Shown one piece after another: positions 40,065 through 52,800 of a DNA stretch of 64,000 bases (within the stretch, counting starts at the first letter, position 1; each line of letters opens with the position of its first letter). The notes beneath the pieces are model-generated. The model was not told the DNA's origin. It saw only the letters and a program-made list of their open reading frames with translations, and ran no database searches. Where the stretch lies: contig CM082578.2 of NCBI GenBank assembly GCA_040954595.2, forward strand, positions 13,608,304-13,672,303, given 5' to 3'. Made by a program: the position numbers and the translations under genes. Source of the DNA: Balanoglossus misakiensis. Lineage: Eukaryota; Animalia; Hemichordata.

Positions 40065-40440
40065 CTGGGTAATATCATCGGCTAGGCTCTCGATATAGCC
40101 AGTAATGTTAAAGTATGCTCGCTCATACAGCCCGGCTTTAGATGTGCAGTGACTGTCACTGTCAGCGAGCGAACAGTCAACTCGATTAAATCTCCTGCCT
40201 GGCTAGCTAGCGGCTAATGCCAGCGCTCCAGTCTAAGTCTAACTGTACGCGATCGCGACGGACTTTCGCATTCTACGGGCCGTCATCGGCTACCCCGGCA
40301 GTTGTGAGTTGAGTGATGATGAACAGATCTAGCTGTGCGATGGAGTTGCCTTTCATGAACGGCCAGATACGGCTCAAAATCCTCGAACGAAGAGAGCCTA
40401 CACAGACTAGCGTACAGTCTGCCTAGCGCCTAGCCAGTCA
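40065..40440 (-). other. SSPN: Probable non-coding first exon and promoter of sarcospan (5' boundary approximate)
   Basis: Strong CAG|GTAAGG donor on the - strand at 40065/40064 inside a sharply CpG-rich segment; the 37223 exon begins with an acceptor, so an upstream exon is needed. Confidence 0.6.
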
Positions 40441-43400
40441 AGATCCCCAAAGCAAAATGATTACAATATTCCTAGGACCCTCTAACTTTGTTGAAAATAT
40501 ACATAACGGGATCCTTTTGCTCCTATTGTCATATTTACATTGTATCATCACACAAACGGCATCCCATCCCATTTCACAAAGCGCAAAGTCTAACAAAGAG
40601 AGAGAAAAAATCTTCCTCTTTGTGTGTGGACAAAGAAAACTGCGCTAGTGCGTCACGTTTTTGCAGGGATTGTTTTGTTATACACAGAGAAATTGGCATG
40701 GAGATGATACCATACTTTTCTTTCTCTCAATAATTATCTGAAAATCGAGACAATTCTTATGCTTGTTTTAAAAACAGCTTTTCTGTCGGGCCGTTTGCAA
40801 AAACGCAAAGACAGTTACAAGTAGGCCTATATTTCTTGCATGACGGGGACTGGCCTAGTTCTCTGTTGTATCCAGTGCAAGGCAACCACTCGGACGCTGT
40901 CTTGGATATAGCCCTTACAGGAGGGGCCCATCACATACGGTCTAAGGGCTATATTGCAATCTGTATCTTGGATACCGTCAAGAACATGTATCCTAACAGC
41001 ATTTTAAAGCCCTGCAGCTTAGTTAGCGCTAAGATTTCACGTATTCGTCCCGTCTGTCCCTAAAGTATGTCCTGAATTTTCCAGGTATAGGCATATACGC
41101 GTGATGCCGCAACATACCTGGTCGGATCAAAATGTAACGCTCAAAAGTTTTTAGTTGGTGTGTATACCTTTTATGCGCTTGTGGAGATTAGATTTCTATA
41201 CCAGGTATACGCCAGTTTGGGAGATAATAATAAAACGAATCCCATAAATGTTTATTTGCACGGAGATTACCAGAGAGAGAGATATACCTATGGTTGAGAG
41301 AACCCACTAGAAAAAGCATCTACCACAGTTTCTCGAGCTTTCCAATCAAGTACATTGGCATTGCATGATTGCTAATGCTGATGTCATTCTAAAAATCACA
41401 GCGCCCACAAAGTTCATGCGAACCTAACCTGTGCCGCCGACGTAAGATCACAAATATCTTGCCATTGACATAGTGTAAACATGGGCATAAACATTGTTCG
41501 GGTCTTTTTACAGACATTGGAATTTGGCGTCTTGAATCTCGGTCAAGATTCTTGTTGACAAATCAAAGACTTGATGATAAATGATGACTTTCCTTGAACT
41601 TTACTGTTACTCTCGTACACAACGTTTACTATTGCTTTAATTTTCAAAAATAATATAATGACACATTGCAATATTTTTTATAACAAATACATGAGAGCTA
41701 GGACATTTTTTTTATTATTCGCGTTCGGCCAACAACATTTTTTTCCCGAAAATCCTCCCCGGTATCAAATGGTGCACCACTAAACAATTGACGTTATGTA
41801 TCAGTGAATGTCTCTATCGAAATATTTTATTTAGTAAGTAAATTTAAATGTGATAATTACGATCTGATAATTGTAAAGTAGGGACTTTAAAGCAAAAGAT
41901 GATAGCCAGATCTGGGTGATGAGTGTTGGATGGTATTTACTTTGAAACAGATTTTGCAGCTCGCTTGACCTCGCTGCCCTGCGTAAAATCAGTGTGTTGT
42001 GATGATGTGTGAAATATGGCAAACATCCCAACAATTTAGACTCCTACTTCGAGCGTTTAGTAACTCGGGGCTAGCTTGGTGAAAACGAACAGCGTCCCCA
42101 TAAGTTGTCCATCGACCAACGTTTACAAAAAAGTCTACTATGGCTTTATCTTACTACACCATGTCGCTGTGCACAATTTTTGCTGATGATAAACATAATA
42201 GTTGCTTTAAGGACTTCAGGCCCAGCTGTGCCAGTTATTAAAACTCAACTACATGTACCAGTATCAACCTTTATTTCACGAATACCTTGATATACACGTC
42301 AACAATATACCTATACCTGTAAAAAGCCCATGTAAACCGCCTGTAAAATGGGAGCTGAATAAACTGTAAGCACCGAAACAAAGCCATTCAAAGACTCACG
42401 CGAAATTGGAAACGGTCGTGCTTTCATATTAAATTGGGCCTACAATGTTTTATTGGCAACCATTGTTCCAGACAAATGATTGAAACTGTAAACATGCAAA
42501 CAAAGCCGTCTAAAGGTAAATGTACCTGGAGATTCATCTGCGCAGACGCTTAAATGAGACTTCAGCATCCACAGTAGTTTTATCAGCGCGACTATAATTG
42601 TATCTGGGAATGAATTCTGGTTCTTTTAAGATTTCCGAAATCTCAATAACAAAACAATTTATAGAATAGGCATGGATGTCGGATCAGGGAAAGGTATTTA
42701 CAATCAATGTTGTTAGTTGTCACTTCAAGGGGGGTTTATATTTTTAAATGTACCAGTTAGTTGTTAATGGGGTATTTAGCTTGACAGTTACCTGTTAATC
42801 ACTTTCACGAAAATATTTACACTGCCGCCAACGTCATTGTCTAGTGTTTTGCTCCGGTATGCCGTAAGTACTGTACTTCAATACATTGCTATGACGTCAA
42901 TGAAGTTTAGTGGGAAACAGTTTTAGTGGACTTGGTGTGCTCCAGGGTCTATGGTGTGACTGTCGTTGGCCTGGCTGCTAGTGATCATGAATAGACGATT
43001 TTCACAAATACCCATTTCCGTTTTTTTTGCAACTTCTTTGAGCAACGAAAGTAAGCTTACGTGTAAACTCATTGAGTGCAGCATAAGTAGACTGTACTAC
43101 TCGATTTATACACATTGGGTACTGTTAATACAAGTTAAAGTTTTATAAACCTAAATATCGAGATGCAAATGTATATAATGTACTATTATCAACAAAATAC
43201 TAGTAGTAACTGCAGGACGTCAACATGTAGATCTGTACACAAATGTTCTACACTCACTTGTCAACAGCATGGGTCTATTGAGATACGCACGCACAACGGA
43301 AAGGTGAATACAGTGCATGAGGGACTGTGATCTAGACAACACAGTGTATTTTCATGCAAAAGAGAAGATGTTGTTCAGGCTGAATGGACCGTTATGGTGA

Positions 43401-45399
43401 CAAAGGGTTGTGTCCAATTGACCTCTTTAGTTAAACCTAGGGTGGGGATTTAATTCTGAGCGGGTTGGTGTGTCTTCTACAAAACCAGAAATCACTGAGT
43501 GTGGTTAGGGAAAATCCTTGAAATGGGTGCATAAGCTCTTATGTAAGACAGTGTATGGAACGAACTTTGCATGATATATGGTATTGTATTCGCCATAGTC
43601 GATATCATAAAGACGTATTGCTATAGTCATGCTAATTCAGCACAGAACATGGTTATATCGGCTATTTCCTTAAACCTCTGTGTTGGGTAAACGACGAACG
43701 TGCTTACAAACAAAATCAGAGGCCGGAGTTCTATTTTTTTAAATACTACAGGACTATATAACAGCTGCTTACGGATGAATGTAATCCTAACAATCAGATA
43801 TAAAACAACTGAAAAAGTACAATGCATGACGTACCTGTTTTATGAAGCTGTAACGCGTAACAAACAACTCTCGCGATCGCGACCCTTTGCTTTGATTCTC
43901 CTTTGACCGAAGCCAGTGTTGTGGATTTTTTTATTTATTGCTGGGATACCCGTACTCAACGTACCTGCACTCAGGATTGTATACAACACTGGATTCTTGT
44001 CAGCATTAACAGAATCGTCGATCAACACGTGCGTGATTGTTGGAATCGGTGTCAGCGCCCACGGGTCATATACTTCCAGCAAGGATTTAAAGATGCCTAG
44101 AAGTGACGCGGATTTGTGCGTACAATACAAAAACCCACTGTGTCTTTGTGAACAATAGCAGATCACAACAGGCACAGACAGGAAAATAAATACTTATTAG
44201 ATCGAAACCATTAAAATTCTGTGCGGGAGAACGGCTCGCCTATACATCTTTATTCTGGAAAAAAATGAATTATTGGAACCACGAAAGGAATATTAAAAAT
44301 GAAATCTGTCACGGTGTCGCGGTTCTCAGCATGCAATCACTTCTTCATGATAAACGTATTAGAACAATCTTTCAATCTCATGACGTTTAGTTTTCCAATC
44401 CTATTTCAATATTTCTCAAAATTATCCCAACAAAATATGGTTCATGTCCACCAAACCGTCGGATTTCGAGTATTTAAGCTTGTTTAAAAAAAATACCTGA
44501 ATAGAAATGTCAAGAAGTTTGAGACTTTGCGGGATTTTGACGTGAGCATTGGACAATCAATATGTTCAATAATCATATTATCTGTTATGTTTTACTCGTA
44601 ACATAAATTCATAATTTCGATTACAACGTTATGAAATGATAGTCACTAGTATGTGACACTCGTAAAACGAAAGCCATGGCCACTTGCTTTGGCTGGGTGC
44701 GCTCGTACTTTCGAGTGAATGTAGTATTTCGGTCCATGCATTGCTTTTACAACTGACAGATACCTTTCCCGGCAGAGGGCCGAGTTCGGAAATATAAAAC
44801 AAGAAGCAACCCAACGTCTTATCCCCATTGTGATACCATACAATTATAGATTGTTCTGTCAGTACAAATTTCCTCATTCGCTACCCACAAACTGTGTCAA
44901 TCAAATTTCTTGATGTGACGAGACTTCTCATTACTACTTTAGGAGGGTCCGTGAAGTTTCAAGTGTCTGGTTCATGCAAGGAAATGTCCCTTTTTATCTT
45001 TTTCACGGACCAAGATGATGACTAAAATCGCACCCTCTTTGTGATCTACGTTTGTACGTAAGTCTAAGACACAGTTCACATAAATCGTAGGAGTTTCTAC
45101 TGCTCCCTCTATAGCTAGGTTTTCAATTTCTTTTGTTTATATCAGCGAAATGAAGATGGGAATGGTGAATATTCGCAGACACACAGCCGGGGAATTTATG
45201 TTCCAGGGTTTCCATAAAGATGAACCACCTCTGTTAATTGTTGATTAGTTTTCTTCTAATATATTGAAAGTGTTGAAAATATAATTCACATCACAAACAC
45301 TCCACACGTGAGTTAGGGAATTTGTTCAATATAATGTTGAAGGGAGGTGGCATATTAAAGTAACAGCCACATTCGCAGGCATGAAATGCGTGTGTTTGC

Positions 45400-45600
45400 A
45401 CACGACACTACTGTGAGTTCGCGTAAGGCGGACTCCCCAGATCTGACGTCAGACGACGAAAAATTGGTCGGTGCTTGGGATATCCTGAAACTAGTAGCAT
45501 TCAGGCAGGGGGACTAGGCAGAAATCTGCCAACTTTGCCGGATCCTTCTTAGGGATAGGCAATTTTACCGATCTTCCTGTAGCTACTGGCTCCGATAAAG
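45400..45600 (+). other. DAG1: Probable non-coding first exon and promoter of dystroglycan (5' boundary approximate)
   Basis: CpG-rich segment ending in an AAG|GTACGT donor at 45600/45601; CRE palindrome at 45442-45453 and CACGTG at 45305; vertebrate DAG1 also has non-coding first exon(s). Confidence 0.55.
45442..45453. promoter_or_regulatory. Extended palindromic CRE (TCTGACGTCAGA)
   Basis: Perfect TGACGTCA within a 12-bp palindrome in the CpG-rich putative DAG1 start region. Confidence 0.45.
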
Positions 45601-46844
45601 GTACGTGAAGCTCGTGAAACGGGTTCATATGCATGATATGGCGTCGCTTCGCCTTTTCGCTTTATGCATAACATTGCATGCATTGGGGCACTCAGACTGA
45701 AAGCAGCACACACTTCACGTTGTCTATGTCTGCCTGCTCAATGATGCAAATGTATGTGATACTGTGGAATTTTGGAAGCCGCATCATAAGTTTTACATAT
45801 ATAGGTGAAATTAGTAGCTTTATCGAGTTGTATATCCGTTAAGTTTTATTAGAAAAGTATAGACGAAGCGTTAATCTTAGTATCTTCATCATCTATGCTT
45901 CATCCAATGTTTACATTCTATTGATTTAACGTCGAATATTCAGCGCCAACTATTGGGTCGCTTTATATTCGTCGTTCATTCATTGTATATACTTAGTTCC
46001 AACTCTTCTTTAAAACATGACTGTGTATCACATGCTTGTAAGCAGTGGAAATGTTTCATATAGTGATAACCAGTACGTTATATTGTGCATATTCACGAGT
46101 TTGAAACGTACATGGGAGGACTGTTGATTGATCCGGGTGCACTAGTACAGTAGTAAGTTGACACACAGGCGCCTGTGAAATTGACATGCTGCTGGGAAGA
46201 ATTTCGAACCTATACGGACGTCATGAGGGTAGGAGTTATACTGCCCATTCGTACGCACTGGTAGAAGTTTTTGCCAAGTTTTATTTTGTACTAAAATGAT
46301 AAGCATTTGATGTAAACAATACACGCTTCACGTGTTCGTTTGTATGTGAGATGGGAATTTGGGAAGGTCTGTGGTCTATATATTTGACCTGCGGGTTCTG
46401 AAATTCCTGTCTACTACTCTTCGCCAAGGCCTAGAATATTTTTGGGGGGTGGGATGATACTTAGTCTCATCCTGTCTATGTTGACTGAAAGATGTGGGCG
46501 CAACAGACATTGGATCTTACAGTTACCTCAAGGCTCTTTGGGAAGCTTATTGTGCTCTCTTGAATTCATGAATAATTCAATCATGCCCCACTTTTGTGTC
46601 GGAAAAAAAGGAGAGGACTTCTGTAAACAGTGTTCCAGTTATAAATGATGTGTGGTGTGTAAAGGACTAGCTGTGTAGAGGTCGTTCCTTGGGGGTATTT
46701 GTGAGAAAGGCCTGTGTCTGGTTGAACACATTTGCAGATCTACATATGTATGTTACAAATTACAATGTGACTGGCCTAGAAACAAGACATTTCAAATGCA
46801 CTGCTTTTGGGAAATGCATTTGAATGAACATTTTGTAACTCCAA

Positions 46845-46875
46845 GAGTAGACGTTTCATTGTGAAACGTCTACTC
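46845..46875. repeat. Perfect 14-bp inverted repeat (hairpin with 3-nt loop)
   Basis: GAGTAGACGTTTCA-TTG-TGAAACGTCTACTC. Confidence 0.85.
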
Positions 46876-49800
46876 ATAAATGGCTATAGTTTGACTAACA
46901 TTATTTGCTTGAAGAATTCATCAGGAGTGTATAAAATAGTTATCCACATGACAGTTTTAACAAGTCCACTTAAAACTACCAAGGCACAGTCGGTAACAAC
47001 ACGGCCCTGCCAAGGAGGGCCTCTTATGCATGTAGTATGTTAGCTTAGGTAATAACCAATTGAAACAATTCAGTCTGAGAAACTTCCTTTATTCCCAAAC
47101 ATGAATGACCACCCCCAAATTAAAATACAGGGTAGAATCTAACAGGGTTTCTCACAGAGTCATTTCAGAGTCTGAACTGCATCCACATATAGATGGATAT
47201 GCTTAAAAATGATGGCCAGTTACATTAAGGAGTCTGCAGCTACAGCTGTAGTACTATTTCCAACAGAAAACCACAGTATAAGGCTTGACATGCTAATTAA
47301 ATTTTGGACAACTGCTAACCAGAATGTTGGCCTTCTGTCTCCTGCTGGTTGGTGAACCCAATCATGAAATGTGATCGGCCAGTCTGCTGTGAGAACCCAA
47401 CCAAGCATCTTGTGGAATTCCTTTGTTGTGTGTCAAGAATCTACTCCACAACACCTTATACTCTGTAGTGCTTGCCATTTCTTCCACAGTATTGAAAACA
47501 CTTCAGCAGAGGAGATATATGCGGCTTTCTTGTGTTCCTGTCTGGCTCCTGGTGTGTGGAACACACCTCTGATTTCGTTAACATACTTAAAGACCCGGTC
47601 ATGACTTAAATAATAATTTGCGATTAGATTAGGTCAATGTCCACAGTGCCCGATTCATCACTGGTGCATTTTCTGACAAACATTGCCTCAACCTTATCTG
47701 TGTTCAAACTCAACAGTTAGAGTTATGATGCATGTATGATTTGGGCTTGCTTACTCTGTAATTTGTGCACACTGAGAATGTTAGGTCAAACTGACATAAC
47801 TGACTACTGTATTTACAATGAAGGGGTTATTACCTGAAGTTTGTTCGATATCGCCATGCATTCTTGCGATGTGGTTATATTTTGAATCATTGTTGCACAA
47901 CTGATCAAAATATGTCCGCATTTGAATGCAATATCCGTCAAACCATGTAATAAGAATTGCACATGAAGGCATTAAATACAGGAAATTGACCATTTAGATT
48001 GCAAGTTAGCTGGAGTAACGGCTGAAACAAGAAATTGGATGTATATGATGAATTGTGCTTATTTTCCACCAGATGTGCCCCTGTGAAAAATAACATTAAT
48101 GAAAATAGACAAAGGCATTTTGTGATGGTTAATCTAATGAAGCATAAATATCGAAGATAATGATGCAAACTATTTAGATTATCCCACTGTCTGTGATCAG
48201 ACACCATGAATTATACATAATACTGAACGGCTCCAAGTAATTCATTGGAAATCTTGCTGAAATTGATTGTCATTAACACAATATAATGAGATCAGTATTT
48301 TTCCGTTGTTGGTATGAAAATAAGAGACATTGACTTTTGTTACATGGGTTTTGAATATTAAATATTTATTAATATTAGGATATTTCTCCATATAACTATT
48401 GATCTGCATAAATGGTAGTACCGGTAATAATGTGTACAATTCATTTTAGTGTTTGACATAATATCTGAATTTAGTTGTTGCTAAGGTATGTTCTATACTT
48501 TCATACCTCAGATAAAATTGTAACTGTCGGTTGGTAATCTAGTGTCATAAAGCACTCACCAGAAACTAGGAAACCAGAGATTTACTCATAATTACCGGTA
48601 CCCCAATGAAACAAAAGCTGTCTGTATCATATTCAACCAGAAATTAATTGTGACAAAGGACCGCGTTTTACCTGTTTTATTTCTTTTTCTCTTTTTGTAG
48701 GCTTTGGGTTTCCAAGTAAAAATATTGTGTGCAGTTTTGACAGGTATGTATTTTTTTAAGTGATGATACTTTGTCTTGTGCCTACCCTCGTCTGCTGTTA
48801 TTGGCTCTGCCAGGATTGTGCATATTTTTTGGCAGAGCCAATAAGGCAGACTAGGATAGTGGGCATCTTTAGTCTCTAGAATATGTTCTGTCTTTTTCAA
48901 GGCTCTGCAACCAGAACGCATCAGAGCGGAGAAGTTGAAAGAAATGATGTGACGTTGAGCGATCTAGACTTGTTGTGTTTTGTGTCTGTGGTGTTACTGT
49001 ATGTTTAGAAGTGTCTGTGTTGCTTGAAATATTTGACTAGAAAATATCTATTGACCCCCATAGTGGTGTTTGACTAACCATTTATTTATGGGTCAGTTGT
49101 CAATTCCACAGGCAAAGCTATTTAGGTTTCACTCTCTGACACATCTTTAACTGTTATTTTGTGTTTCAAAAACATTCAAAGAAAGTTTTGATAGTCTGTC
49201 AATGGCTTCTTTCATGAGTAGTAAGTGAAAAGGGGTTGCATTGTCCAATCATGACTTCCAGCCAAAAGTCATCTAGATTAGTTTTTTCCCCTTTTATTAA
49301 AGAAGCCAAGCTCCTTGTGCTAGTGATGGCTTGATGCTTCTGAATCACACCAAATCGAAGGTGCCCCTGTATTCTTCAATGCATGTTTCAGTGTTTTACT
49401 TGATAGGTTTCCGTCAGAGGATGGCTCCCAATACCGTGGCTTCTGTAGTGACTAAACCCGTGGTTCTTGACTTGGTCTTTGTCAACAAGTCCCCGTACCA
49501 CCCACAGTTGTGGGGCTGGGAGACCTCCTGTACTCTTGAACTGGACTAATAAAGGTCACCAAATCTAGGCTATAATTATTAACCAGATAGTGAGCATGTG
49601 TGCACATTATTTGAATTCCGTGTCTGGGAGTGTCCTCTTTATGTCTCATGTGCTGTCAGAGAGTTCAACTTTTGGTTTTCCTTCCACTTCTGCTAGTCCA
49701 GTGATCTTGTCTTGTATTGCATGCATAATATGATAACACCTTGACTTGAGAGTATCGAATAGAAAGTCAAGTATGCTGTGTGTCTTTGTCTAAGAGATTG

Positions 49801-52800
49801 TCTTGTAGGTGTCAATCCTGGACCGTTCCATTAGAAGGATAACAGATTTCTAAGTCACAGACATTATTATGGTGGTGTTACAACACGACTGTAACTGTTG
49901 AATTCGTGTGATCTGCAGAGCTGTGTTTCATCAAGACCAACTGGTTGTCATTATACCTTCATTTAAAACCTTGCACCAATGGAGAATTAGGCCAATTTAT
50001 CATAGGAAGCAATGTGCAATGTGGGTTAAGTGATATAATTGAGTAGCTGACATTTTCTGTGCTTGGTTCTCCAATGCCCTGGAGGTCAGTAAAGATTGCA
50101 GTGGGTTGATGATGAACAGCTGTGAAAGGCCAGACCAACTGACGGGTTATATGACTTGATGGAGAGTCTTGGAAAAGTCAGACAAATAAAACCAGGCCGT
50201 ACTGAGGCACAATACTTGGTGGGTCTTGAGAAATCTTTAACCTGTTCTCTTCCATCGTAATTTTTATCACCTCTCAAATAGTCCGGACCAAGATTCTTTT
50301 GTGTGACAAGCTTGGACGAGGAATTCAAAAGTTTTTCCAGCCACTGCAGAGCAAGCCATGACCTGGAGTTGATGTGTAAATGATTTTGTGGGAGATATAT
50401 GAAGTTCAACATCACAAAGATTTACGTGAAACCGAGATCCGTGATCTCATAAAAAGTGCAGGAGATAAAGTGGAGATTTTGGTTTTAGCTGAAGAGTGGT
50501 AGCTTATGTTGTAGAGATAGACTGGTCCTTGAGCTAGTGTATTTGAGGCGGTTCCTATTTGCCGTGGAGCTTAGCCAGACTGGGAAAACACAGGAAGCCA
50601 TACAAGTGGTGACTTCCATTGGAATGCTTTTGAGTGAGACCCTTCTGTGCTGCTGCTGCTATACAGTAAACCCCAAAAGAGTTTGAATCAGATGATCATA
50701 TGATATGTTTTATTGATGATGTATTTCACAATATTGAGTTCTGTGTCGTTGAATTGGCTAGAAGCTGTTATATCAACCCCTCTTGTGTTTCTGAGCCACA
50801 TGAAAATCGTGGCCAGTAGAAATGGACCATACACAAATCTGCCATTTTGAACTTTAAAAGGTCAGAGGTCACAGCACATTGTAGATGGAGGCGGGTTAAA
50901 TTCTGTTCTGCTCAGATGTTGATTCTCCAGGGAGATTGTTATACAGTAAGTCCTGGTCAGATTTTAACAATGTGTATATAATTAATGGCGATGAGATCTT
51001 ACTGACCAAGAGTATACAAGCAAAGTTTCTTATTACAGCCACTTCATTCTCAGAGGAATTAATGGAACAAAGGGCAGACTTTTGCCTAGTTTAAACTCAG
51101 GGTTGTGTTCTGTAAGTCATATGAAGACCCTAATCAAGTTACAAGTACATGTATAGTCTACTGAAATTTCTAATGAGGTAGCGAGTGTATGTGTTCTTTC
51201 AAACTAGCTGACTGACTGCCTTCCTGTAAGCTACTTAGCAAGCCAAGGTTGCTTCTCAGTATGGGATGTTGGTTTTATGCCACAGTGCAACTTTGGTGAC
51301 GTGTGTTGTCTCTTCTCCAAGGATCACATCTGAAATTCTGTTTGTGTACATGCAGGGAAATAATCCACCATGATGTAGTGTCATTGCCATCGCCTGCGTA
51401 TTGCATATAGTGTTTACCAGCAGGAATAACTGACGTCAACTGGGTCATACTCAAATTGCTTGTTATCTCTGTCTGTTGGCCGCCATGGCCAGCCATCTCT
51501 TTTCTCAGCTGTGTTCCTGCGCTTGAACATTGCAGATTAGAATCCACCTCTTACTAATTGCATACCAAGATATTTACTCAAGATTTAACTTGACATGACA
51601 AGGCCTGTCATTACAAGGCCGTGTTTTGAAAATGATAAGCTGCTAGTGTAGAGGGCAAATATTAGCTAGGAGTTTGTATGGTGTCAACCTAGAGGCCCAA
51701 GGATTTGTTCTTTCCAACTACTGGCCTAAGATTCAATGATGATGCTAAAAATATCCTGGGATGATTTATAAACCAAGTGACGCAATAGGTTGGTCTCGGT
51801 GTGGCCATTTCCACATGTCACCTTCCCATCAGCTCTGGCATTTAAATGGTTTATTTGTCCTGGGGTGTAAGATGGCTTTTCTGTCACCATTGGCACTCTT
51901 TGTTGCATCATACCCCTCTGTGATGATAAAAGTGTGAAACTGTTCCATGTGTACAGGTACATGTGTGACGGGAATAGATGAAGACATACAGCAGTCAACA
52001 GCCCTTTCTAAATTATCCCATTTTAGCTGTCAGTGGTTCGGAACTGAAATTGAGAGATTGGATGACTGGATTTCATCAGTCTGGTTTGTTATTCCTGATT
52101 TAAATTTGAATTGACCAGCTAAGGAAACAATCACGTTTTCATCTCCACACACTGCAAAGACATTGATGTTTCTCCCATTTTCTTGATTTTATTTGAGACA
52201 TCTCGGAATTGAATTTACAGAAATTGAAGTCGTGTGCAGAGGATGATTCAACATCCAGCTTGTCAGAATGGCTAACACTAACAACATATCCCCATATTGC
52301 TAGAGACTGCTAACACACAGGAGCAAGTTGACGGATCTTTGCTTAAAATTCGTAATAGGATGGTGTTAAACTGTGCTTATTTGCAATGCAACCAAGATCC
52401 TCAATAGATATAGCTCTCTGACAGGATGTGAAAACAATACTTTGGAATGTCTTGGCGCAGGAGTGTAATTCATGATATGGCCCACATAGATGGAACATCC
52501 ATAAATTAAAATACCTGAATGACCTTCACATTACATCCCTCTATTTGTGAAGATGTTCATCAGCTATTTTAAAGAACTGTGTTTAATGATCCAAAGATAA
52601 TGAGAAAAAAAATAATAGAAAATGTGTGAGAAAATGTTTTGAGCAGGATTCCCCTTATGGGGCACAACTGTCAAACTGTTTGATTGAAGTATGGTCGATT
52701 GCTTCCACATGATTAATATTTTTCTGGCTGAAGTACATTTCTGTCAACAAATAACTTACATGTAGTTTCATGTGAAAAAAATCAAAGTGACATGCCCTGA

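Noticed and set aside
41700-41783. Possible terminus of a Harbinger-type MITE (...atcaaatggtgcaccactaa)
   Set aside because: No matching opposite terminus found in the window; resemblance is from memory only.
43627-44175. Cluster of overlapping ORFs between SSPN and DAG1, considered as a small intervening gene
   Set aside because: No recognisable domain, mostly non-ATG starts and no coherent splice structure; more likely non-coding or repeat-derived.
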